Of a stretch of DNA of 64,000 bases, positions 24,236 through 37,400 are shown in pieces (position 1 is the first letter of the stretch; the number at the start of each line of letters is the position of its first letter). This DNA is from Phallusia mammillata. Its lineage: Eukaryota. The notes beneath the pieces were generated by a model. The model saw nothing but the letters and a program-made list of their open reading frames with translations. It was not told the origin of the DNA and did not search any database. The position numbers and the translations under genes were made by a program. The stretch is taken from assembly GCA_965637545.1 (NCBI GenBank), contig OZ281494.1:11966001-12030000 (forward strand), written 5' to 3'.

Positions 24236-24515
24236 TTAGGTACACAAGACACGGACTTGAATAACAGCTTTAATAAAAAGCAAATTGCCAGCGACGTAGA
24301 GTAAAACGTATTCATTTTTATTAAAACAAACGTTTCGACAAAACTATTGTCATCATCAGTGTAAAATGTAATGCACAAGTGAAAACAAGCGCGTTTATGT
24401 ACAGAAAAGTAAGGAGAAAAGTTTTACACTGATGATGACAATAGTTTTGTCGAAACGTTTGTTTTAATAAAAATGAATACGTTTTACTCTACGTCGCTGG
24501 CAATTTGCTTTTTAT
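24236..24515. mobile_element. Palindromic Penelope-like insertion with a degenerate hammerhead motif on each strand, just upstream of AIFM2
   Basis: 13-bp direct repeat TAAACCAAACAAC at 24223-24235 and 24516-24528. Perfect 98-bp inverted arms 24269-24366/24422-24519 with a 55-nt spacer. aca-CTGATGA-t-gacaa...ttgtc-GAA-ACGT-T-tgt at 24426-24462 (+) and 24362-24326 (-), each followed by AATAAA. Confidence 0.75.
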
Positions 24516-24527
24516 TAAACCAAACAA

Positions 24528-24683
24528 CATTTTATCACTTTATTTATCTTCCATAAAGCAACATGTAAATTTACATTTGCAAACAACATGTAAACCTGTA
24601 AAAACTCAATATATAAACCAAATACCATTTTATCACTTTATTTATCTTCCATAAAGCAACATGTAAATTTACATTTGCAAACT
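24528..24683 (+). repeat. Local direct duplication (~57 bp, 2 copies)
   Basis: cattttatcactttatttatcttccataaagcaacatgtaaatttacatttgcaaac at ~24528 and ~24627. Confidence 0.85.
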
Positions 24684-25472
24684 CAATATATACTGCACGT
24701 TCAGTAACTGCTACAAAACCCAGCCAAGCAAAGGAATACCGTAAACTCACGGAAAGCGTAAACAACCAAGGCTAACTACGCGCGATTTATTTGCATCGTC
24801 ATGGTAAAGAAAAAAATGCTTTTTTCTTACCGACTATGATTGGCAGTTGCTAACTTACAGCGGGTGTATCAAAGTTTGCAAATCTACAGTAATTGCACTG
24901 CATTTGCACGTACCTTTAAAGTTAATTGCAACGTAATAACAGTAGTACATGTTGAAATAGTGTATATTTTCTGTCGATTCAGTTGTAACCAGCAGTCACC
25001 ACAGAAACCGACAAACTGCCACAAATCAATGACTGCCCACTCACACCACTAACTTGGTTGGTTGCTTTTTGCCTAAAAAACTGAAACCTATTTAACTGGA
25101 ACCCTTTTTGATTGGTCGCACAAATAAATATTGGCATTACGACTATTTGTAATATTACAGTACCAATAACAAAGCACACACTTTACACTTTGTTAACGAT
25201 TAAAGCTAAGGGGACAAACATTCCATAATGATATTGAATTTCACGACGCATATATGAGTGCGATCACAAAATAAAATACATATGAACGACAATATGTCGA
25301 GACGCATGTGTTTCGCTTTCTTTTTGAAACGCCTTGTGTCATGACTCAAGACTGTTTTTCTGTGTTCATTTCCTGTTTGAGAGGGCGATGACTTGCAGAA
25401 TCTATTCGAGAAGATTTCTGTTAACGCTGAGTAATGCTGCAACAGATTTCAAGATGCACTATTTTTTTCGAA

Positions 25473-25930
25473 ATGACTTAAACACGGGACTGGGTAAAAG
25501 TTCACAGACCGTGCCTGTAGCGTTAGACGGGACTACGGAAAAGAGTTTGTTAGACATGCATGACTAAAAGACTGGACTGGGTGAAAGTTTACATATAGTT
25601 CCTATACCGTTAGACGGGACTACGGAAAAGCGTTTGTTAGACATGACATAAAGACGGGACTGGGTGAAAGATTACATATAATTACTATAGCGTGAGACGG
25701 GACTACGGAAAAGCGTTTGTTAGACATGACTAAAAGACGGGACTGGGTGAAAGTTCACATATATTTCCTATAGCGTGAGACAGGACTACGGAAAAGCGTT
25801 TGCTTGACATGACCAAAAGACGGGGCTGGGTGAAAGTTCACATATAGTTCTTATACCATTAGACGGGTCTACGGAAAAGCGTTTGTTGGACATGACTACA
25901 AGACGGGACTGGGTGAACACGCAGTTCTTG
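25473..25930 (+). repeat. 83-bp tandem array (~5 copies)
   Basis: The tacggaaaag landmark recurs at 25534, 25621, 25704, 25787 and 25870 (spacing 87, 83, 83, 83). Each unit has two halves starting AGACGGGACT. Confidence 0.95.
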
Positions 25931-27020
25931 CTCTTGAATTCTTAGCAGCACATGCTCCTTATCTTTTCGTGGTAACTGCAGATTGATGGCCGGACAGCGA
26001 CAACAAATGCCAGCGAAAGTTTAATTCAGAAAATAAATTTGCCTCCCATACATACGCTTGAAAATACGACTGACGAAACATCAAGTTCAACTAATCAATG
26101 AATCGAAAACTTTAACTAAAGTTTGCAAAGCTAGTGTAAAAACATGAGCAGTACCGTCTTACGCAAACAGGAATAGCGCGACTGTGTTAAGAGGGTTTCC
26201 TAAATTGTTTTTCCATAATAAACAACATTCCCCTTGCCAAAACTGTGACATAAAAGCTCGTAACTGGCTTTGGTTTATTGCCAGCGATGCGACAACGTCA
26301 TAATAAAAAGTGTAAAGATTAACGTTTATGACCAGCTGAGGTTGTAATTGCCCAATATTTCCGCTCTCGAATGAATGCTTTTCGGACTTTTTCGAAACAA
26401 ACTACCAACCCAACCTATTGGGCCAAATGCGAGGAAGTAAAACTCGAGAGAAACAGATATTTTGCAACACCTGCTTACCTGACCAAAAAACGTGTTCTGG
26501 TACTTAAGTTTTCATGCGGACACATCAGAAATAAAAATTGAATACTTTTTGGGTTTGTTTCGTGCTTCTTTCTCTTTGCATTGTTTACAACTAGTAATGA
26601 ACCGAGCCCATCTAAAAAAGTTCGGGTCGAAACCGAAACAGCGTATTCGGCAGAACTGTTTCGGCCAACCGAAGCTTCGGAGCATTACTGTTTACAACCT
26701 TCGAAGATACAACCAGCATTAATGGCAGAGTGCAACGCAAGACATTGAAATGCTGTAATAAGTTTAAACTACAAAAAGCATCAACCGTTTTCAACAGGTG
26801 TTCAAACGCAAATACAGTGGTCGCGTATTGCAAGCATAAGAGTCTGTAGACTACTTTGTTAATAGCACATTCTTCGGCCATTATTTGACAAGAAATTAGA
26901 CTCCCACATTTGAGGCCACCCATTGATATAGGAAGCAACAAATTGTTTGATATGGACACGTCGATCAATCAAGTCAAACCAGTTGTGCCTTTTTCGCGCA
27001 TCGGACATGTGTCGTGCCAC

Positions 27021-27290
27021 TGAACTTTCCCAGACCCGTCTAACGCTATAAGAACTGTATGTGAACTTTTACCCAGTCCCGTCTTTAAGTCATGTCTAAC
27101 AAACGCTTTTTCGTAGTCCCGTCTAACGTTATAAGAACTGCGTATGAACTTTCACCCAGTCCCGTCTTTTAGTCATGTCTAACAAACTCTTTTCCGTAGT
27201 CCCGTCTAACGCTATAAGAACTGCGTGTGAACTTTCACCTAGTCCCGACTTTTAGTCACGTCGATCAAATACTTTTCCGTAGTCCCGCCT
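27021..27290 (-). repeat. Inverted array of the same 83-bp unit (~3 copies)
   Basis: Reverse-complement units (agtcccgtct...gtcatgtctaacaaac...ttccgtagtcccgtctaacg), decaying into cccgtc/ttccgt motifs to ~27375. Confidence 0.92.
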
Positions 27291-28431
27291 CTCCCTTCTT
27301 TTAGTTTTGCACTTTTCCCGTCTTTTAGACCTCGATTTCCGTATTTCCGTCGTCCCGTATCCCCGTCTTGTCCTTCTTTCCCATCATCACAACGGGGACA
27401 TATTTTACAGTTTTCCCAAAATGTTTCTATTTTGTGTTTTAAAACAAGTTTAGTTTACCTTGCTTACTGCAGAAACTGTATTTCATTACTTTAAACGTAG
27501 CAAGACTGCATCATAAGGTACCAATCTAATGTCCATGTAGTGGATTTACGTCCAGTAGTCTTAGAATTGAGCCTGTCCACAACATTAAGCAACCTTCATT
27601 GACAGTTGTATTCAAAAGCTCGCGAGCAAATCAACGGGTCAACGTCCTCGTTTAATCAGAACGACATATTTGCTGAACAAACGACAATTGGCAAAGAAAA
27701 GTATGCACTTGTGGTAGTACGTCTTAAAAGAAGGGCAGCTTACTTGCGGGTTACAGGTAAAAATGTCGGTGTTTGAATTGGACATGCAACACCAACTTTG
27801 GTTTCCAAGTTCTTTAAACTGGTCGATCGAACAAAAATGTTTGTGAATAAAGCGTTCAACAAGTATAAAGTTCTGCTACACCTTTTTTTAAAAAGTGCTG
27901 GTTGTAAAAGTTTACTAGGTCCGATGACATATGTAAAGTCGAATACATTCATACTTTTATACCAACCGAAGGCGAACAGGAATAACGGCTGATCAAACTT
28001 TGATGGTCACTTTTGTGACCACCAATATCGAACGTCAAAAATCACAATCGACCAAAATTGCCATTTCAGTTTTATGTTGTATGTTCTTACGTCACCTTGA
28101 ATGAAGGATTCTTAACCCTCTCTTTCTCTTACACCTAATCCAGTTTTGCGTTTTTAACGGCACTTCAGCCCCAGACTTTTCGGTAAACTTGCAAAAAAAC
28201 AGGTGATCGACAACGGACAGTTACAAATGAAATAGCAGCAACACTCGAACATAACGAAATAAAGCTCATTGTGATGGGAAAATAAATAGAAACTTACCCA
28301 CGTTATCATTTACGCGGGAGGGCAAAACGCACATGCAAAAATCATCGAAGTTAGCAAGATTTTGAACGCCCAAGAGCAAGGTAATAAGGAGGTATAAAAC
28401 GCAACGCAACATACACAAGTTAAGCTCTTCG

Positions 28432-31400
28432 CTACAATACAGTTTCTGCTCTTGTTTGAATCGTTGCAGGAGGACCTCGGTCGGCCTTAGCGTATTTGAA
28501 TTTTGTTTCGCTGTGTAGGGACTCGTTAACTGGGTCAAACAACCGCTGGTTGGCGCTGGAGTGGTCGGACGTTTGACTTGAGCGGGCCAAGCTGTCTGAT
28601 CCCGTTGAACACGCGCAGGGTGTGAAGAAATCGGGTTCTGACTGGATTCCAGAGTCCTTGGACGTCGAAGACTCGCACGAGTGGGAAAGTTTGTTTGCCC
28701 CGATGCAGATTTGCGTCTGTCCGTCGTCCCCGACCCGTTGCCATGCCAACGGCGGTAGGCGCTCTTTGGACACATCAATGTGAAGGTTGTTGCTTTTGCG
28801 ACGGGTCGGGCGCAGGGTTGTCGAACACCCCGGTTCGTCGACGCGGTAATCAATCGTGCTGCTTGTACACGGTTGCATGGATAACGATTTAGGATGGATC
28901 TTTCGGAGCGGAATGGCGGTTTGAACCAAGTCGCGCGGGATTTCTGCGTTCTGATCCCCGTGGAAGCGATAGACCGGACAGAGGTTGAACCAATCGGCGT
29001 CCTCAATTGGCTCCGGATATACCGTAGCATGGTGTACGTTGTTATCGGCCTCGTGCGAAACGCTGCGCGACATCATGCGCATTGGCGGCGTGCGAAGAAG
29101 TTGAAACTCTCGATGTAACGGGATATTATTTTCAAATGCCTCTGGCTCTTCAATCGGCGATTCTAACAACTTATCCACATCTCGACCCCCTTTGACACGT
29201 TTTCCATCGGTCGGGGTGCCACACCTGAAGGTGAATTCCCCCGCAGTGTCGTGGATGTTATCGCCATCAGCGTCAACATCGTGCGACCGGATTACTCTTT
29301 CCGTGCAGAAGAGTCTTTTTACTATGGCACTCGCGTCTCTTTTAAATCCAGTACTGAAAGCGACGTAAAGAATCGGATTTAGCAGCAAACGCAGGCAGAT
29401 GAGCAGCAAAACTAACATCAGCAGCAGATCGACGTTCAGGACCTTGTCAACGTATTCTGATGCGTCAAAGTCGTTAAGTTGTGACGTAAAGAATGGCTCA
29501 GCGACCGCGGGGTAGGTCGCTATGGCTGACGTTAGAAGTCCTATAATGGCCAGTGGTAGAATGAACACAACATTACATGCCACCACCAGAGCAATCTGCG
29601 TCCGTGTGTGCTTGCGAGGACTTAACCACGACTGCTTGCGACGCGCGCAGAACATAAGCACACAGAGAACTCCAACCACAAGACAGGAAACAAAATGTCC
29701 GCCAATCAGAACAGCAACGTACGGAAAATCGGTTGACCATGGAAGGCATGTTGCTCCGTTGAATGGAGGCAAAGGGCTGTCAACCGAACCCTGATACCAT
29801 TTGGCGCCGCTGTACAATGTCACTACGGCGGTCGCGACAGATATTACCCAGGCAGCACTCAATGCCAGCCCGATAACCGCTTTGCCCATGTGTTTCTCCG
29901 GCTTAAGCGGAAACATCGTCGATAGATAGCGCTCTACGGCAGCAATAAGTACAGTGAAAAATGCCAACTGCATTCCCATGACCAGAAAGAATCCAGCTGT
30001 TCGGCAGGGGACGGATTGCTGCCACCAAGCTCCATATTTTGCAAAATCACTCCTTGTCATTGTGTCAAAACTCACAATAACTGCCACGTAACCAGTGGCG
30101 ATAATATCGGCAAGAGCAAGATGGCACAAAGCCAATTCAAACGCCTCCATGGGATCTGCATTGCTGGCTTTGGGGACGGGCATAACAGGTGCTTGATTTG
30201 AATTTTCATTCGTAGAATCTTCAAAACTCGAAGGCTCCGTGATTTTATGGCGTATCTTCGACTGTTTAAAGGAGTACAGGCATTTGCGAATGGTGCTGGA
30301 GAAAACGATGGTGAGATTTAGAACAAAGGAAACAACGAGGGCAAGCCATAGAATGGTTCGGGCCAACACCGAAGGAAGAAGATCAATACATGGGCTGAGA
30401 GGTCCGGGATCAGGAAAACATTGTGTTGAATGCTGAGGTTTATATATTCCAGCTGATTCGTCTTGATGTACTCGCTGCCACTAAAGTAAAATTCAGTTTT
30501 GTTAAATTAAATCTGAAACCTGTTCCACCAAGCACTGGCAACTAAACATGAAATATTTAACCCAACGAACAGCTGCATAGCGGTGAAACGGCCGTATTAA
30601 AACGTTTCAGTTTTCATCACATTCAATACAAATTCGATTAATCTAACCATGACAATATCATGTATTCCATTCAGTGGTTGACTGTGCAAATCGCTTTGTT
30701 AAAAATGGGGCAAAGATTTTCTTTGAAATTTGTTTACAATTTGCTCTTTTTCGTTGTTGTGTTATGATGTATGTCCAACTTGAAAAAACTGCCTACCTCA
30801 GCACGGACTTGGCAACAGTGATATGAGAAAGCGGCGTTGAGAAATTGCAGCTTGTTGAGTAGTTCGATTGGCGGGAGGTACAACATCTTGCTTACACCCG
30901 TTAAGTTCAAATGAGTTAACTGGCTAAGACCCTTGACTGGCAGATATGTGAACGTATTGAATGCCAAGTTTCTGCAAAAAATGCAGAGATTTTGGTAAGC
31001 AGGCTTTTATAGTAATGAAAACTGTGAAATTTTTTTAACATCTTGCCTATATTTTGTAAGTATGTTTATTTATTTTCTTTAATTCGTCGTTGGTGATAAG
31101 AAATTTTGAGGGTCAGAACAAGAACATCAAAAACCTAATTATCACTCCAAACAAGTTGTGAACAAATATGCACAACAAAAATTTACTTACAGTTTTCGTA
31201 AGGGATTATTTTGGAAAACGTTGTCGTCTAAAGTTGAAATGAAGTTGTGGCTCAAGTCCCTGAAACACAACCAAAAGGCTAAAGATAACTGTCAGATTTT
31301 CAGCCAGCCAAAATATTCGAGAGACACATTTAAATTCAATTGTTTCATGTCAAAACTTTCACCCGTATTTGCTTTATTGTGTAAAAGATGTATGTTGACT

Positions 31401-34400
31401 GATACTCACAGTTCTTCGAGACTGGTCAAATTTCCAACATCACTTTTGCTTAACCTCTTCATGTAATTGTGACTCGCATCAAGATACTGAAGTTGGAAGC
31501 AACTTCCGATTCCGCTTAAGTTAACGAGTTTGTTTTCTTTTACATTAAGACTCCGGAGGTCTGGAAGCCAACGGCATAAATCTGTTGGCAGTGACCGAAT
31601 ACGTCCGCCACTGATCGTCCTGTAACATGTATAAACCATACTGTGTGAGACGATTTTACACTATTTTGTTACTTTTTCGATAAATTCATGAAACAATGGT
31701 TCGTTATTTTTTGATAACGAATAGGGTTTTTCGGCCATTTACTATTTTCCCGTTCAGTAAGTGTGTTTTTTTTTCGTTGTTCGCAATCCTAATACGACCT
31801 TGACTTTCGTCATGTGCTTACAGCGATCTTGTTTGGACTTTGTTTGCCGTCCGTTATTGCTCAATGTAAAGGAGATAAACTTTTTTGTTTTACGTTTTCA
31901 CGCCTAGATGGCGCTAGCGGGTCTTAGAAAATGCGTTACCTATAGGCGAAATAGTAATTTGCCTCTTTGCTGTAACTTGTCGGTTAGTTTTTTTTATTTA
32001 ACTTGGAAGTATATGTTTGCATCCAACTTACAAGTCTTGTAATTTGCTGCATCCGGAAAAATCAGGAAATACTCGTTGTTCACTGATCTGCTCCACGCGT
32101 CTGTAAAATGTAAAATTTTAACATAATTGTCAAGGGCAAATTCGGTAGTAAACAGTTGAAGGTCAAATCTCAATGACTGCCACTCAAGGTAATCAGCACA
32201 CGACTTAAGGTATTTGAGAAAACCTTGACATTTCTGATACCAGCCTGTTTTCATATCTATTGCAAACACGCCAATCTATGCTGATATCAGCCCTTAAGAA
32301 GCAAGGCACACAGACCTCGATGACAGAGAATGATTGTTATACTACTGGCTTGTACAAAGCTTTTGGATAGTGAATGCATCCGAGTTAAGATCAGGTCAAT
32401 GTGTCACATGATTCTGTTTATTGTAGAATACTTACACTGTTATTGTAAGTCGGGCTAAGCTTCTCGGGTTCAGGTTCGGGCCGGGTTCAGGTATAAATTT
32501 AAATTGGGCTTAATTTAGGCCTGAGTTCACACTAAGTCGTATTCGTGCCACATTTTTACCAAGTTTACAGCCGAATTCGGGCCAGCAATTGAAAAAAAGG
32601 GTTTGGGTCTAAATTTTGAGGCCCACTTACAATTTAGAGTTACAACTGACGATTATTTGAACAACTCACATGGTAGTCAGAAGATGCAAGTTGGTGAAGG
32701 CGGACTTTCCAACAGACTTCAACGGATTATTTCTCAAAACCCTGCAAAAGGCACTTGCGTTATATATTGTACGGCATTCGAGTTACAGTTATATCTTACT
32801 TACAATATTTGTAGGTTGCGAAGATTCGAAAAGGCTCCATCGGGGAGATACTGAATTTGGTTGTCGCTGAGCGTCCTGTATAGAACAGAAATAATGTGGT
32901 TGTTTTGAAACTCTTCATTTTTAACGGTATAAATTGAACTTACAAGTCAACAAGGTTGGTAAGATTGGTGATGCTCTCTGGAAATTCTGTCAATCTGTTA
33001 TACTGCAAGGTTCTGCATCAACACAATATCAAGTTTTAGGTCAACACGTGACACAAAAAAAGAAAATAACATACAAATGCTTAGAAAACCCGCTTGTGCC
33101 GAGCAATGAGGGTATTTGTATTTTAAAAGTTTATGGCTTAACCGTTCTTATCTTGCATGAAATATCAAGTCAATTGTAGCAAATTTGAACAAACAAGAAA
33201 CAGTTTCATTTTCCCTGAGCGCAAAACCATCGTGCTTTCTCCCCTGCTTCCCACATCTAAATCTGTAACTTTGCGATTCATAGGATTTGCTTCGACTAAA
33301 ACCGGCATTATGCCTAATCCCTGTTTCTTTTCATTCATACCAGCTAACGAACGTTATTGGCCACCTGCTGGCGCCTTTTATATCCCCCAAACACAGGAAA
33401 ACCGTGGACCCCCGTCGCGACCCAATGTATTGGAATCAATGGATGATAAAACTGAAAATAACGGAGCATTGACGCGTGAAATCAAATGATAAGAAATTCC
33501 CCTTGGGATTTGCGGAATGTCACGACGATCGATTTGTGTTTGTTCATCTGCTTATTCCATGTGAGACAAATTGTCATCGAACTATTTTGGTCGGAAAGCG
33601 TGATAGATTTGGCCAACAGACGTGATTTATAAAACCTATCAACAAAGCGTGGGAACTTATTTTTTGTGAAAATAATTAAAAAAATGTTTTCTTGCTAAAA
33701 AATAAAATTTACTGGAAGAAAGAAAGTCTTTTTTACTATTTGCTGTTTTTGCACAGGTATCTAACACTCTTAATTCATAATTCGTTGGCAAATTTAATTT
33801 ACATGCTTTACGTTTTGTGGGTATGTATGTATGTAATGTTTTTCAATTATTCGAATTAATTGCCTACGTTTTGTATGGCAAAATTTAACAACGATTGTTA
33901 TGCGTTTTCTGGACAAACAACACATATCAGTTATTCATCCAATAATTTGTAAACATCTGTGAAAAGTAACACCATATCTCCGCCCTGTGCTACAACGTTC
34001 AACGTGTTTTGACAAGATTACGTCCGTACAGCGTATGTTAATGGACATCCTGTTCACCAATTATTCCTCGCATCACTTGCAACGAATACGAAGGCCTTGT
34101 GCTCTTAATCTAATCATCGTCACCGTGTCGTATCCTACAGTAAGGTACGACTTCTGAAATTCAGGTGAGCCGTACAATGGATGACACAATAGCGAAGGGA
34201 CAACTGCACAAACAATACAAGACCCACTGCAGCTGTCGTGTGGCTTAACTCGTGTGCCTAAACATGGGCGATCAAAAAACACCGTCTAACCCAAACTCAA
34301 CGCAACAATGTACTAATTACCCAAAAAATCATTACTCACAGAACTCGGCAAAGGGGAATTCCCGCGAAGGCCCTTGTCCCGACCGTCGAAATTTGATTCT

Positions 34401-37400
34401 CTCGTAGAAGCCTGAAAGCAAAGTGGATCCGTGTTAAGAAGTGTGAGGGAAATGGTGGGAGGGTGCACCTGTTGTGACGTCACAGTGAGACGACCACCTA
34501 CCCGGTGGGGCGGACCCCGTTTTGTTGTTCAAGGTATGTCGGGTATGGGGAATATAGCGCTGTTACGGGAGATTTAGGCAGATGTATTTTGTGACGGTCT
34601 AACTGCGCTGAGGAAAACAATGCGATAACGCATCTCGTGTGACACTTTATGTCGAAGTTTGTATTTATTGCAAACCCGGTTTTTGGCGTTATGGTTCTGG
34701 TAATATCTTTTTAAGTGTTGCGCAGGTGTCAAGAGCTACTTTTTGTGAGTTTAGGCAAGTTGAACCGAACCTGTCAAAATGTATTTATTCAGTAAGGTAA
34801 AAACGCAACTGGCACTTACAAAGTTTCCAACTTGGGTAGACTTGAAAAGGCGTCATCTTGTATTTCTGTTATTTGGTTTACAGCCAGATTCCTGCAAAAA
34901 AGGCATGACCTTAATCAAAATTGCGTTTCAGCTTTTGTCACGGCACTTGGGACAACAAACAGCTACATACATCATAATGATTGTCGATTAAGTCGAACAA
35001 AAGTTGTGGAAAGTAACCGGCACATTAAAACAAAAACAACCAAAGAAAACAAAGTACTGTTACCTACAAAAACACATTACCGTTCACTTGACGTCACAAA
35101 ATTAGATCCCGTTAGACTGTCGTAAAGGTTTACGGGTGTGCGCTTTATCCTTATGTAGGTACGCTAGGTCACAAATCATAATTGTCTTTATCGCTCGTAA
35201 AGCGAACATTTACTGCTAACCACATTCGGACGCGTGCCTAGGTCGTAAGGTCAGCAATGAACACCAGGCGTCCGAAAAATCCACCACTGACCTCTAACTA
35301 ATTTGAACGTCTTACTTTCCGCGTTGAAATGCATATTTGATGCATAAATGGCAACATACTTCCGAGTTGCACACACCACTAATCTAAATCAGATTTATCC
35401 ATGTATTTCTCATATACTTTCATTTTTGTCTTTTCGCAGGAGAACTATTAACTGTGTGTAGTATGTTGTACAATCACGAGTCACCGGAGAGTCAGTATTA
35501 GCGATGGAGACAACCGTTGCGTATATTAACAGACATTAAACTTGAAAAAGTCTGAAGTAAACCACCGTTTTTTTTATAACATATATATATATATATATAT
35601 ATATATTCATCCACATTATAGGCACCTTCAGTATCTTATTCAACAAGAAAACTACTAATAGTTTTAAAACTCTTCGTTTTTTATTGTACTCTTTCTTGCG
35701 TAAACGAGAAGCGAGTTTCCCGCGTCTTGGCTGGCACCGACAATCCTCATTACAGAATCGTTAACAAGCGCCAAGACAACATCGTAAGTGCCGTTAAAAG
35801 CGCCACAAGTTTATTTTACAGGTCGTCCAGAAAGCGCGCGTTACACATGCACGAACACGTGGTTTATCATGTCCTTGAATATTTTGCAAAATCTAAAAAT
35901 TGGAATTTGTTCATGAAAGGTATTCGACCCGGCATACAGGTCGTGTGTGTTACGGTCTTAAACTGTTACTTTGTATCAAAGTCTTATTTCGTTGAAATGT
36001 AACTCAATCAATTTATATTACTCCATCCGAGTAATCGCCGGATTGATTTGGGTTATTTCAAGCTTAACGCAGTCGCTGGTAACCGCTTCGAACGTTTGAG
36101 CTGCTTAGTATTTCTGCAATATAATAAACATTGCCTCGCTCAGAGTTGCAGACTTACTGCGTAAGACGTACATTAACGACTGAGCCAATTGGCAATCAAC
36201 ATCTGATTTACTGTATTGTAACTTATTGCAAACTAGAGACGCCCTTGCTCAATTGTATCCTAAAGATCTTTTTTATACAGAATCATGTAATAATATGCAA
36301 GAAACCTTAACGCTACCATTAAAACTTTACTCAGCAAAAATGAAGTTTGGTGAAAAAAAGTATCCTAAATGTTATGATGAAGAATAGACTGACCCATGTT
36401 GCAAATGCCATGTCTTGTGCAGACGTGATCTTATTTCTAACTACCGTAAGTGACTAAGCTACAGTATAAGCAACTTACAGGCAGTCGAGATTGGGCGAAT
36501 CTTCCAGTGCTTTGCTTGGAACTTGGTCAATGAGATTGTCGTCAAGGTAGAGTTTGCGAAGATTGTGCAAACCAAATAGCAAGATGTTTGGTATATCAGA
36601 AATGAAATTTCCGCTCAGTCTCCTGAAATATACACAAAATGAAGAAAAACGCAAATTGTCAAAGTCTGGTTCGTGAAAAAGATACGTAAAGGGTTGCAAT
36701 GATAAAAATACGCCTAAGTTGGTGCTGCGACTTTGGATGTTTTGGGAACACTTTCCCCTAATGCATTTTCACTGTCAGACATTTTCCTAGCTGCAATCTT
36801 CTATTTCATTCCCTGCTAAACGCGAGTGACACCCATTCACCTTACCGGATCGGCTCGCAGTCGACACACCATCTGTTTTTGCTGCTTGGCATCGTTTCAA
36901 CCAAAAGCAATTGAATTTCTGCCTGTTGTTTTCGCGCCGAAAACCGGTAAAAATCTCTACAAATTTGATCAGTGCGTTTCGACTGAGCAACGGTTGAGCG
37001 AGAAGCGCAATTGACACCGCAAGTGGTGAGCGAGATTTGACCCCGTGACCTTGATATAGCGAATTGGCACGCAGCCAAAGTGAGGCAAAAATTTGGACGG
37101 AAATAAAGGACAAATCGATGTAAACTATTGACAGCACAGATGTCTTACTGTAACTGTAAGACTAAATAAAAATGCGGATCGTTTTACAATTTTATCGCAA
37201 CACAAAAAGTATTATCTTTATGATTCCTATAATTGGAGACTCTTTACCATTTCGGGGTTTAATTTTAGTGCGGTATTCCATCTTTGAATTTGCATGCAGC
37301 TTCTGCAGACTTATCGGTCTTTGCATATGCACCCAGCAATGCGGAACAGCTATTACGCGAAACTTAATTTGCTGAAACTTAATTACTGCGGAGGAGCAAA

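Larger units (their letters stand above)
25473..27375. mobile_element. Foldback-like / long modular-TIR element, non-autonomous; true ends unresolved
   Basis: Two oppositely oriented arrays of the same unit flank ~1.1 kb of unrelated core. No TSD identified. Confidence 0.55.

Noticed and set aside
25473-27290. 83-bp arrays as a CRISPR-like locus
   Set aside because: Whole units repeat with no unique spacers, there are no cas genes, and the context is eukaryotic.
28266-29030. 254-aa plus-strand ORF
   Set aside because: Antisense shadow of the GC-rich LGR terminal exon; no recognisable motifs.
36787-37137. Minus ORF ending RLAGNEIEDCS, resembling an LRR start
   Set aside because: Stops after half a repeat and lacks phase-2 splice sites for a 72-nt exon; exons 5 and 6 already join correctly.
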